64,000 bases of DNA, from positions 352,001 to 416,000 of the forward strand of contig CAVXGK010000002.1 of the NCBI GenBank assembly GCA_963761305.1, in the 5' to 3' direction. The translations under genes were made by a program, and so were the position numbers. The stretch is from an uncultured Gemmatimonadaceae bacterium. GTDB taxonomy: Bacteria; Gemmatimonadota; Gemmatimonadetes; Gemmatimonadales; Gemmatimonadaceae. This document shows, in pieces, positions 10,481 through 19,111 of this stretch; the first letter of the stretch is position 1; each line of letters opens with the position of its first letter. The notes under the pieces were generated by a model, which made no database searches, was not told where the DNA came from, and saw nothing but the letters and a program-made list of their open reading frames with translations.

Positions 10481-10906
10481 TTACCAGTAGCCGTTCTGGT
10501 ACACGTGCGACGAGTCGAGATTCGGCGCCACGACGATTCGTACGCGATCGCCCCGGTTCAAGCTGAAAGGGCCAAGGTGCGTCGACGCACTGTCGTTCGT
10601 CGACCGGACTTCGAAGGTCGTCAGCGCGTACCGGAAGTAGTCCGGACCCAGCGCGACGGTCTGGCTCGCGCCGGGCGCCACGTTCGCGACGAGACTGGTG
10701 TCCTCGTTGGCTTCGGCGAAGACGCGAACGGGGACCGCGTAGTCGTTCTGTACGCGAAGAAGGAACGACTCCGGCGGCGCCGCCCGCATCGAGTCGAACG
10801 CGAGCTCCCCGCCGGCGGTTTGCGGATGGACGCTGTGGTCTTGTGCGCAGGCCGCGAGGAGCGCGACGACGGCCGCGCCCGCGATGCCCATTCGAATTCG
10901 TGTCAT
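10481..10906 (-). CDS. Hypothetical lipoprotein, paralog 1 of 3
   Basis: Lipobox LLAAC; shares (L)xVQNxY...GPFxLxxG...VxPxL with the two neighbouring genes. Confidence 0.75.
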   Translation of the reverse strand: MTRIRMGIAGAAVVALLAACAQDHSVHPQTAGGELAFDSMRAAPPESFLLRVQNDYAVPVRVFAEANEDTSLVANVAPGASQTVALGPDYFRYALTTFEVRSTNDSASTHLGPFSLNRGDRVRIVVAPNLDSSHVYQNGYW

Positions 10907-10916
10907 GGCTACTGCC

Positions 10917-11330
10917 TCACGGCGTGGTCGGACGGACCTGAACGCGCGACGAATCGAGGTCGGGCGTGACGATGAGGTCGGCCGTCTGACCCTTGCTCAG
11001 ATGGAACGGACCGAGCCGTTTCGACGGACCGGTCTCGGGGCGAATGTCGAGCGAGAAGGACGTACCCGGAAACAGGCTCGGATCCAGCATCACGGTCTGG
11101 TGCCCGTCCGTCGCGAGGTTCGTGATTTCGCTCGATTTGTCGCCGATGATGGTGAAGATGCGGACTCGCGTCGGATAGCTGTTCTGCACGTGCACCAGCA
11201 CGGTGCGCGACGCGGTGAACGCGTTGACGTCCAGCTCGCCCGCCGACGTTTGGGACGTGTTCTTCGCGCACGAGGCTGCCAACAGAAAAGCGCTCGACGC
11301 CGTCGCGATCGCGATTCGAAATCGTGACAT
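10917..11330 (-). CDS. Hypothetical lipoprotein, paralog 2 of 3
   Basis: RBS AGGAGG upstream of ATG 11330; lipobox LAASC; VQNSYP...VMLDPSLFP...LGPFHLSKG. Confidence 0.8.
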   Translation of the reverse strand: MSRFRIAIATASSAFLLAASCAKNTSQTSAGELDVNAFTASRTVLVHVQNSYPTRVRIFTIIGDKSSEITNLATDGHQTVMLDPSLFPGTSFSLDIRPETGPSKRLGPFHLSKGQTADLIVTPDLDSSRVQVRPTTP

Positions 11331-11392
11331 GATCCCTCCTTGGGAGCGAGCGGGTGAGTCGCATCCGCACGACTGCCCATCGGTGTACCGAT

Positions 11393-11408
11393 GGGCAGTT
11401 TCAGTGCC
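11393..11408 (-). promoter_or_regulatory. Putative sigma54 (-24/-12) promoter of lipoprotein paralog 2
   Basis: Minus strand GGCACTGAAACTGCCC = GG-N10-GC, 15/16 identical to the motif upstream of paralog 3. Confidence 0.55.
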
Positions 11409-11434
11409 GACGCACGCGCTGCGCGACCCCGCGC

Positions 11435-11854
11435 TTACGGCGTGGAGTGATGAACTTCGACGTGCGCCAGATTGAGGTCCGGTGCCACGACCAGTTCGGC
11501 CGTCTCGCCCTTGTAGAGCGCGAACGGGCCGAGCTGTTTCGTCATCGTTCCGTCCTCGGGACGGACCTCGAACGAGATGCGCGGATATGGGAAGAGGTTC
11601 GGGTCGAGCACGACCGTGCGGATGCCGTTCGGGTCCACACTCGTCACCTCGTTGGCCTTGCCTCCCAGGAGCGTGTAGACGCGGACTTTTGCTGGATAGT
11701 TGTTCTGCACGCGGAGCAGCACCGTCCGCAACGCCGACAGCGAGTCGACCTCGATGTCGCCGGCGGCTGATTGTGTGTGAGCGTCTCCCGGCATGCAGCC
11801 GGCGACGAGGGTGGCGAACGCCACGCCCGTGACGGCGATTCGAATTCGTGTCAT
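11435..11854 (-). CDS. Hypothetical lipoprotein, paralog 3 of 3
   Basis: RBS AGGAGG upstream of ATG 11854; lipobox LVAGC; VQNNYP...VVLDPNLFP...LGPFALYKG. Confidence 0.8.
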   Translation of the reverse strand: MTRIRIAVTGVAFATLVAGCMPGDAHTQSAAGDIEVDSLSALRTVLLRVQNNYPAKVRVYTLLGGKANEVTSVDPNGIRTVVLDPNLFPYPRISFEVRPEDGTMTKQLGPFALYKGETAELVVAPDLNLAHVEVHHSTP

Positions 11855-11920
11855 AGTTGTATATCCTCCTCGGAGAGCGAGCTGGTGCAGCCGGCTCGAA
11901 CTCTCTCGTATTGGACGAAA

Positions 11921-11936
11921 GGGCAGTTTCAATGCC
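11921..11936 (-). promoter_or_regulatory. Putative sigma54 (-24/-12) promoter of lipoprotein paralog 3
   Basis: Minus strand GGCATTGAAACTGCCC = GG-N10-GC, at a similar distance from the ATG as the copy upstream of paralog 2. Confidence 0.55.
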
Positions 11937-11990
11937 GCTCGCCGCGACAGGCGTCCGGTTCCGGCGCCGTCGACCTCTACCGTTCCATCC

Positions 11991-13226
11991 ATGCGAATTC
12001 TCTCCATCACCACCGCGCTCGCGCTCATCGGAGCGACGCACGCCGCGGCGCAGTTTTCGTCGCTCGCGCCGACCGACAACGCTACCGTCACGATCCACGC
12101 GGCCCGACTGATCGACGGGCGCGGCAACGAAACGACGAACGCCCTGGTCACGGTTCGCGGCGGCCGCATCGTGAGCGTCGCGAAGGCGGTGGAATCGTCG
12201 GGCGCCACCTATGAGCTCGGCGATGCGACGCTCCTGCCCGGGCTGATCGACGCGCACACGCACCCGGGCTGGTACATCAACCGACAGGGCGCGCTCCACG
12301 GCGCGCGGGATGGCGATACCCCTGTTCAATCGGCGCTGGCTCGGGCGGGGAATCTCTACGCGACATTGATGGCCGGGTTCACCACGATTCAGAGCGTCGG
12401 CGGCGTCGAAGATCTCGACCTCCGCGACGCGGTGGCGCGATGGCAGATCCCCGGGCCGCGGATCCTGACCTCGATAACGCAACTCAGCGACACGACGCTT
12501 TCACCCGATTCGCTGCGCGCGCGCGTCCGTTCGCTCAAGGAGCGCGGCGCGGACGTCATCAAACTGTTCGCCTCCGCCGGACTCGGCGCGGGAGGTAACC
12601 AGACGATGTCCGACGCGCAGCTTGCCGCGATCTGTGGCGAAGCCAAAGCCCAGGGGCTGCGCTCCGTCGTCCACGCCATCAGCGCAGCGAGCGTGCGCGC
12701 CGCGACGCTCGCCGGCTGCACCGAGATCGAGCACGGCACGTTCGCCACCCAAGCCGAGCTCACGCTCATGGCCGAACACGGAACGATCTTCGACCCGCAG
12801 GTGTGCCTCGTCTTTCAGAACTACATCGACCATCGCGACGTGTACGCGCGATCCGGCTTCACCGATGCCTCGTTCGACGCCTTGGCGAAGGCCATCCCGA
12901 CGGCGACGGCGATGTTCAGGAAGGCGCTCGCCACCCCCGGCCTGCGACTCATCTTCGGAACGGACGCGGTGGCGCTCGCGCACGGCCGCAACGCGGATGA
13001 GCTGATCTGTCGCGTGAAGGCGGGGCAGCGTCCCATGGACGCGATCACGACGGCGACGTCGGCCACCGCGGCAGCGTTGGGGCTCGGCGAGAAACTGGGC
13101 GCGGTGGCGCCGGGCTATGAGGCCGATCTCATCGCGGTGCGCGGCGATCCCGCAAAAGACATCGCCGCGCTCACGAAGGTGTCGTTCGTGATGCGCGGCG
13201 GTGTGGTGTTCAGCGGCGCACCATAA
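11991..13226 (+). CDS. Secreted amidohydrolase family protein (Xaa-Pro dipeptidase-like)
   Basis: Signal peptide; PGLIDAHTH (HxH), IKLF (carbamylated Lys), VVHA, IEHG, FGTDA, ADLIAVRGDP. Confidence 0.85.
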   Translation: MRILSITTALALIGATHAAAQFSSLAPTDNATVTIHAARLIDGRGNETTNALVTVRGGRIVSVAKAVESSGATYELGDATLLPGLIDAHTHPGWYINRQGALHGARDGDTPVQSALARAGNLYATLMAGFTTIQSVGGVEDLDLRDAVARWQIPGPRILTSITQLSDTTLSPDSLRARVRSLKERGADVIKLFASAGLGAGGNQTMSDAQLAAICGEAKAQGLRSVVHAISAASVRAATLAGCTEIEHGTFATQAELTLMAEHGTIFDPQVCLVFQNYIDHRDVYARSGFTDASFDALAKAIPTATAMFRKALATPGLRLIFGTDAVALAHGRNADELICRVKAGQRPMDAITTATSATAAALGLGEKLGAVAPGYEADLIAVRGDPAKDIAALTKVSFVMRGGVVFSGAP

Positions 13227-13248
13227 CGCGCGCTGCTATCCCCAAGCG

Positions 13249-13848
13249 TCAGCGATAGCGGTCGGCGACAGCGTCCCAGTTCACGACGTTCCACCACGCG
13301 CCGATGTAGTCGGGGCGGCGGTTCTGATACTTGAGGTAGTACGCGTGCTCCCAGACGTCGAGACCGAGGATCGCGGTCTTGCCGTCCATGAGCGGGTTGT
13401 CCTGGTTCGGCGTGCTGGTGATCGACAGCTTGCCGCCGTCGTTGACGAGCCACGCCCAGCCCGAGCCGAATCGGCCGACGCCGGCGGCCGCGAACTGCTC
13501 TTTGAATTTACTGAAATCGCCGAACGCGGATTTGATCGCGTCGGCCAGCTTGCCCGTCGGCTCGCCGCCCTTGCCGGGACCCATGAGCTGCCAGAACAGG
13601 CTGTGGTTCCAATGGCCGCCGCCGTTGTTGCGCACCGCGCCGCGCACAGCTTCCGGGACGGAGTTGATGCCGCGCATCAGATCGTCGAGCGACTTGCTCG
13701 CCAACTCCGGCGCCTTCTCGATCGCGGCGTTCAGGTTGTTGACGTAGGCCTGGTGATGTTTGGTGTGGTGGATTTCCATCGTGCGCGCGTCGATGTGCGG
13801 CTCGAGCGCGTCGTTCGCATACGGCAATGCGGGCAGCGTGAACGCCAT
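13249..13848 (-). CDS. sodA: Superoxide dismutase, Mn-type signature
   Basis: [28 protein letters not shown]. The ATG overlaps the dedA stop (TAATG). Confidence 0.93.
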   Translation of the reverse strand: MAFTLPALPYANDALEPHIDARTMEIHHTKHHQAYVNNLNAAIEKAPELASKSLDDLMRGINSVPEAVRGAVRNNGGGHWNHSLFWQLMGPGKGGEPTGKLADAIKSAFGDFSKFKEQFAAAGVGRFGSGWAWLVNDGGKLSITSTPNQDNPLMDGKTAILGLDVWEHAYYLKYQNRRPDYIGAWWNVVNWDAVADRYR

Positions 13849-14468
13849 TAGGCTCTCCTTGCTCGGTACCAGCCGATGATACCCGGCGAGATCGAGACGA
13901 GAATGACGATTGCGATCACGCTCTCGATGTGCCGGTCGACTCCCGGAATGTAGCGCCCCAGGAAATAACCGATGAACAGCATGCTCCAGATCCACGCCAG
14001 CCCGCCGATCACATTGTAGATCGCGTACCGGCGCCGATCCATCTGCGCCATGCCGGCCACGACCGGAACGAACGTGCGCACGATCGGCATGAAGCGCGCG
14101 ATGACGATCGTCGACGCGCCGTGCTTTTCATAGAACTCGTGCGCGCGATAGAGGTGCTTCTTGTTGAAGAGCAGGGATTCTTCGCGCGTGAAGAGCCGCG
14201 GTCCCGCCGCCGCGCCGATCATGTAGCCGGACGTATTGCCGAGGATCGACGCGACCGACAACAGGACCCCAAGCAGCGCGACGTTGAACACGCCGGTTGT
14301 CGCGGCCAGCAGTCCAGCCGTCACGATCAGCGAGTCGCCCGGCAGAAAGAACCCCACCAGCAGCCCAGTCTCGGCGAAGATGATCGCGGTGAGGCCGACG
14401 TAGCCGCCCCATGCGATGATGCCTCGGACGTCGCGGACGCGATGCAGCCAGTCGAGCAGTGTGTGCAT
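13848..14468 (-). CDS. dedA: DedA (VTT domain) family membrane protein
   Basis: [33 protein letters not shown]. Confidence 0.9.
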   Translation of the reverse strand: MHTLLDWLHRVRDVRGIIAWGGYVGLTAIIFAETGLLVGFFLPGDSLIVTAGLLAATTGVFNVALLGVLLSVASILGNTSGYMIGAAAGPRLFTREESLLFNKKHLYRAHEFYEKHGASTIVIARFMPIVRTFVPVVAGMAQMDRRRYAIYNVIGGLAWIWSMLFIGYFLGRYIPGVDRHIESVIAIVILVSISPGIIGWYRARRA

Positions 14469-14623
14469 GTCGTGGTGTGAAGGAGCCGTGGGACGCGGGC
14501 ACAGGAAGTTCTGTGAGCAAGACGATCGAGGCAACGGTTGCGTTCGGCGACGAACGCGTCACGTTCCAGAGCGTTCCGGCGCCGCACTCCGCACCGCCGC
14601 CACCACCTTCGAGACTCCGGATC

Positions 14624-17257
14624 GTGCTCGACGTCCACCTCGTCTCTCACACGCACTGGGACCGCGAGTGGTATCTCCCCGTCGAGCGTTTTCGGCAGCG
14701 CCTGGTCGCGCTGGTCGACGAGCTGATCGACGATCCGCCCGGAGCCGAAGAGAGCTTCTTGCTCGACGGGCAGGCGATCGTCCTCGACGACTATGTGCGC
14801 GTGCGCCCCGATCGCGCGCGCGCGATGGGTGAGCTGCTGCGCGAGCGGCGTCTCGAGGCTGGGCCATGGTACGTCCTCGCCGACGAGCTGATTCCCAGTG
14901 GCGAGGCGTTGGTGAGAAATCTCCTCACCGGACGGCGAACACTCGCGCGATTCGGCGCCAGCGCGCCACCGGTACTCTATTGCCCCGATTCGTTTGGACA
15001 TCCCGCCGCGCTTCCGTCCATCGCCACGGGATTCGGGCTCGGCGTCATCGTACTCTGGCGGGGCTACGGCAGCCGGCGGTTCCCGCCCGGCGACACGGCA
15101 TGGTGGACGGCGCCGAGCGGCGAGCGGGTCTTGCTGTACCATCTGTCGCGAAGTGGTTACGAGCTCGCGTCGAATTTGCCCGTGGACGCGGAAGGCGCCG
15201 AAGCTCGCTGGGCGGCGATGCGAGAGCAGCTGGCGCCGCGCTCGACGACCGGCGTCGTCCTCCTGCCGCACGGCGCCGACCATCACGCAAGACAGGTCGA
15301 GTACCGCGCGGCAGTGAACGCAGTCGAGGCGGCGGGTGCACGCGATGCCGTCCATCGCAGCTCGCTGCTCCGGTTTCAGCGGGCGCTGGTCGAGCGCGCG
15401 AGCCACGCCGCGCTTCCGTCGGTCGACGGCGAGCTCCGCGATTCGTACGGCTACACGTGGACGCTGCAAGGCACGTTCGCCACGCGCGCGCACCAGAAGC
15501 GTCTCAATGCACTCGCCGAGCGAGCGCTGATCCGCGACGCCGAGCCGTGGAACGCACTCGCGTCACGAGAAAAGCGTTCTCGCCGGGCGCTGCTCGACGA
15601 GGCGTGGCGCACGCTGCTCGAGGCCCACCCGCACGACACGCTGTGCGGCTGCTCGATCGACGACGTCGCCGCGGCGATGGAGTTGCGTCTGGGTTCGGCG
15701 ATCAATCAAGCCGCGGGCGTGCGAGAGGACGCCGTGCTCGACCTCGTCGGTCACGACGCAGCCGTGGCGCGCACGAAGAAAGAGGAATGGCAACCAGTGG
15801 CGCTCATTCGAAATCCTGCGCCAAGGCGGCGGACCGGCGTGGCCGTCGTCGAGATCGAAGAGTTCATCGCCGACGTTCCGGTCGGTCCCGGGTCGGCGCC
15901 GGTCGCGAAAGCCGCGGAGTCACCATCGCCTCGGCGCACTCCATCAATTGCCGGGCTCGGCGCGGTTCAGGTACTCGGCCGCGAGACGCGAAATGCGCGC
16001 GTCGAATCGCCGCGGCACTACCCGGACAACGACCTCGTTTCCGTGACTCGCGTCGCGGCGTGGGTCGCCGACGCGCCCGCGTACGGAATCGTCTCTCGGC
16101 CGATTGGCCGCCGCACGCGCGCGGCCGCCGCGCGGATAGATCGTGTGACTACGACGCCTCGTTCGATGCGAAACGCGTCGGTCGCCGTCAGCGTCGACAA
16201 CGATGGCACCGTGTCGCTCGAGCATCTGAGCACCGGCCGCCGCGTCGCGTCGCTGATTCGCTTCGAGGATGACGCCGACATCGGCGACCTCTACACACCC
16301 GCGCCGCGCCCGCGGGCGTGCCGCGTTCAGTTTCGGGGCGTGCGTCGCGTGCACCGAGGGCCGTTGCGCGGCGAGCTCGCGCTTAGCGCGCGGATCACCG
16401 ATACGAACGCGAGCCGCGGCGCAGTCGCCGTCGACGTCACGATGCGGCTCGTGCTCGACGCCGGCGCGTCGCACCTCGTGTTGGCGCTGACGGGGAACAA
16501 CCAGCGCGACGATCACCGGCTGCGAGTCCTGCTGTCCACCGACGTCGAGCGGGCGGACGTGTGGGCCGACGCCGCGTTCGGTCCGGTGCGTCGCGTTCCC
16601 ATTGCGCCGAGCGCGGATGAAACGCAAGACGAACGCGTGCCGCTGACGGCGCCGCTCCATCGCTACGTGTCGTTGTTCGACGACGCGCGCGGCTGCACGG
16701 TCCTGAGCGACGGGCTCGCCGAGTACGAATCGCGCGACGAGGGCAGCGTCGCCGTGACGCTCGTGCGCGCCGTCGGCGAATTGTCCAAGTCCGATCTTCC
16801 GGAACGACCCGGGCACGCCGGCTGGCCGGTGCCGACGCCGCGCGCGCAGTGCCACGGACCGTTCGCCACGAATCTGGCATTCATGTTCCATGGCCCGCGC
16901 GACTCGGCCACCGTCGACTCGATCGAGCGCGCCGCCGACGACTTTCTCACGCCGATGGTCGGCACGACGCTTCGCTCGGCGCTCGAGACGCCGCCCGACG
17001 TCGCCGGCCCGGAGCTCGCCGGCGCGGGCTTGGCGTTCTCCACGATCAAGGAGAGCGAAGACGGGCGCTGGACCGTCCTGCGCTGCGTGAATCTCACGGA
17101 CGAATCGATCGCCGGCGCGTGGCAGCTTCCGTTCGCCGTCTCCGAAGCGCACGCATCTCGGCTGGACGAGACCGTTCTGGCACCGGCGCGCATCGACGAC
17201 AACCAGATCCGGTTCACCGCCGAGCCACGCGCCATCGTCACGCTGCTCGTTCGGTGA
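14624..17257 (+). CDS. Glycoside hydrolase family 38 (alpha-mannosidase-like); start uncertain
   Basis: SHTHWDREW, LDGQ, GPWYVLADE, DSFGH, HDTLCGCSID; no signal peptide. The ORF is open back to 14459. Confidence 0.88.
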   Translation: MLDVHLVSHTHWDREWYLPVERFRQRLVALVDELIDDPPGAEESFLLDGQAIVLDDYVRVRPDRARAMGELLRERRLEAGPWYVLADELIPSGEALVRNLLTGRRTLARFGASAPPVLYCPDSFGHPAALPSIATGFGLGVIVLWRGYGSRRFPPGDTAWWTAPSGERVLLYHLSRSGYELASNLPVDAEGAEARWAAMREQLAPRSTTGVVLLPHGADHHARQVEYRAAVNAVEAAGARDAVHRSSLLRFQRALVERASHAALPSVDGELRDSYGYTWTLQGTFATRAHQKRLNALAERALIRDAEPWNALASREKRSRRALLDEAWRTLLEAHPHDTLCGCSIDDVAAAMELRLGSAINQAAGVREDAVLDLVGHDAAVARTKKEEWQPVALIRNPAPRRRTGVAVVEIEEFIADVPVGPGSAPVAKAAESPSPRRTPSIAGLGAVQVLGRETRNARVESPRHYPDNDLVSVTRVAAWVADAPAYGIVSRPIGRRTRAAAARIDRVTTTPRSMRNASVAVSVDNDGTVSLEHLSTGRRVASLIRFEDDADIGDLYTPAPRPRACRVQFRGVRRVHRGPLRGELALSARITDTNASRGAVAVDVTMRLVLDAGASHLVLALTGNNQRDDHRLRVLLSTDVERADVWADAAFGPVRRVPIAPSADETQDERVPLTAPLHRYVSLFDDARGCTVLSDGLAEYESRDEGSVAVTLVRAVGELSKSDLPERPGHAGWPVPTPRAQCHGPFATNLAFMFHGPRDSATVDSIERAADDFLTPMVGTTLRSALETPPDVAGPELAGAGLAFSTIKESEDGRWTVLRCVNLTDESIAGAWQLPFAVSEAHASRLDETVLAPARIDDNQIRFTAEPRAIVTLLVR

Positions 17258-17258
17258 A

Positions 17259-18128
17259 CTAAGCTCGATCGCGAAGCGTCGCCCCCGCCTCCCCGGCGAG
17301 CCGGTCCCGAAGATCGTCTCCGATGAGGGTGCAGCACAGCACCGTCGCGATGAGAGCCAGTCCAGGCGCGATCGCCACCCACGGGGCGACGACGATGAGA
17401 TCGCGGCCGCCGGCGATCATGTTTCCCCAGCTCGGGCTCGGTGGCTGCACGCCCAGGCCCAGAAACGACAGGCCGCTCTCGAGCAGAATAGCGTTGCCGA
17501 CGCCGAGCGTCGTCGCCACGATCGCGGGGCCGAGGGAATTGGGGAGCGCGTGCAGCCAGAGAACGCGCGCGCTCGACGCGCCGAGTCCCGTCGCGGCGTC
17601 GACGAACGGACGCGTCTTCACGCCGAGCATTTCGGCGCGCACCATGCGCGCAACGCCCATCCAACCGGTGAGCACGAGCACCACGACGACCGTCGTCAGG
17701 CCCGGGCGCCAGAGCGCCGCGCAGACGAGCAGCAACACCAGGCGCGGAATGGCGAGCAAAGCGTCGGACAACGCCATGAGTGTCCGATCGACGGCGCCGC
17801 TCGACCAGGCGGCGACCGCGCCCACCATCGTGCCCACGCCGCTCGCCACGACCGACCCGACGATGCCGACCGCGAGCGAAATGCGGCCGGCCAGCATCAT
17901 GCGCACGAACAGATCGCGCCCGAATCGATCGGTGCCAAGAATGTGAAGGTTTCCGAATGCGTCGCGCGAGAAGGGCGGCAGCAGGCGAAGACGCAGCGCG
18001 TCGCCGATGCCGAGCGGATCCTGATGCGAGAGGGCCGGCACCAGCACGACGGCGGCCGCGAGCAGGACGAGCAGCGCGGTCGCCGCGCCGGGAAGCGTAC
18101 GTATCGCCCGCAACGCGCGTGCGATCAC
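17259..18128 (-). CDS. Peptide/nickel-type ABC transporter permease (DppC/OppC-like)
   Basis: HILGTDRFGRD, EAA-like loop FVDAATGLGA, ESGLSFLGLG, PSWGNMI; GTG start overlaps the upstream stop. Confidence 0.88.
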   Translation of the reverse strand: MIARALRAIRTLPGAATALLVLLAAAVVLVPALSHQDPLGIGDALRLRLLPPFSRDAFGNLHILGTDRFGRDLFVRMMLAGRISLAVGIVGSVVASGVGTMVGAVAAWSSGAVDRTLMALSDALLAIPRLVLLLVCAALWRPGLTTVVVVLVLTGWMGVARMVRAEMLGVKTRPFVDAATGLGASSARVLWLHALPNSLGPAIVATTLGVGNAILLESGLSFLGLGVQPPSPSWGNMIAGGRDLIVVAPWVAIAPGLALIATVLCCTLIGDDLRDRLAGEAGATLRDRA

Positions 18129-19111
18129 GCGCGACGCCTCGGATCGACGAGCGGCAGCGCGACATCTCCGGCCAGGTTCGCGAAAATCACGAGTCCGGCG
18201 TAGACGGCGGCGGCGCCCATCACGAGTGGGTAGTCGCGCGCCGCGATCGCGTCCACCATCAGTCGGCCCATTCCCGGCCACGCGAACACCGACTCGACGA
18301 AGATCGAGCCGGCGACGAGTCCCGGCAGCGACAGGGCGAACAACACGATCAGCGGCGGGAGAACGTTCGACAGTACGTGGCGCATGTTGACCCGCGCCGG
18401 CGACGACCCCTTCGCGCGCGCCGTGCGCACGAAGTCCTCGCCGAGGATGTCGGCGACGCTCGAGCGCGAGTAGCGCGCGATCCCGGCGGCGCCGACGACG
18501 GTGAGAATGCTCACCGGAAGGATCGCGTGCCGGAGCAAATCCGAGAGCGAGGCCCAGCCGCTCAGCTCGAGTCCCGGCGCATGAAGGCCGAACGCCGGAA
18601 GGCGAAGCCACGGTGGAAATCCCCACTCGGCCGCGCCGTAAGTGAACACGGCCACGAGCGCCAGCGCGAGCCAGAAGCTCGGCGCGGCGTACATGACAGT
18701 CGTCACGACGGTCAGCGCCCGATCCACCAAGCGTCCTCGGCGGACGGCCTGGACGAGTCCCAGTGGAACTCCAATGAGGAATGTCAGGGCGAGCGATGCG
18801 GCGCCCAGACCGATCGAGACGGGGAGCGCGTCGGCGATCGCGCGCGTCACCGGCTCTCGGCGGAGAGAGCTCTCTCCCAAATCGCCGCGGAGCACGCCGC
18901 CAGCCCAGCGTGCATATTGCACGGCGACGGACCGGTCGAGTCCGAGCTCCGAACGGATTCGTGCGGCATCGGCGGCCGTGGCGGACGGCGGAATGAGAAA
19001 AGTCGCGGCATCACCCGGGGCGAGGCGGACGAGCGCGAACGTGAGCGTGAGCACCAGCCAGAGAAGGCCCAGCGCGCCGGCAAGGCGCCGCAGTACGACG
19101 AGAGGATGCAC
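18125..19111 (-). CDS. Peptide/nickel-type ABC transporter permease (DppB/OppB-like)
   Basis: LAPGDA, GDLGES, DFVRTARAKG, VESVFAWPGMG, RDYP, DPR. Confidence 0.9.
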   Translation of the reverse strand: MHPLVVLRRLAGALGLLWLVLTLTFALVRLAPGDAATFLIPPSATAADAARIRSELGLDRSVAVQYARWAGGVLRGDLGESSLRREPVTRAIADALPVSIGLGAASLALTFLIGVPLGLVQAVRRGRLVDRALTVVTTVMYAAPSFWLALALVAVFTYGAAEWGFPPWLRLPAFGLHAPGLELSGWASLSDLLRHAILPVSILTVVGAAGIARYSRSSVADILGEDFVRTARAKGSSPARVNMRHVLSNVLPPLIVLFALSLPGLVAGSIFVESVFAWPGMGRLMVDAIAARDYPLVMGAAAVYAGLVIFANLAGDVALPLVDPRRRA

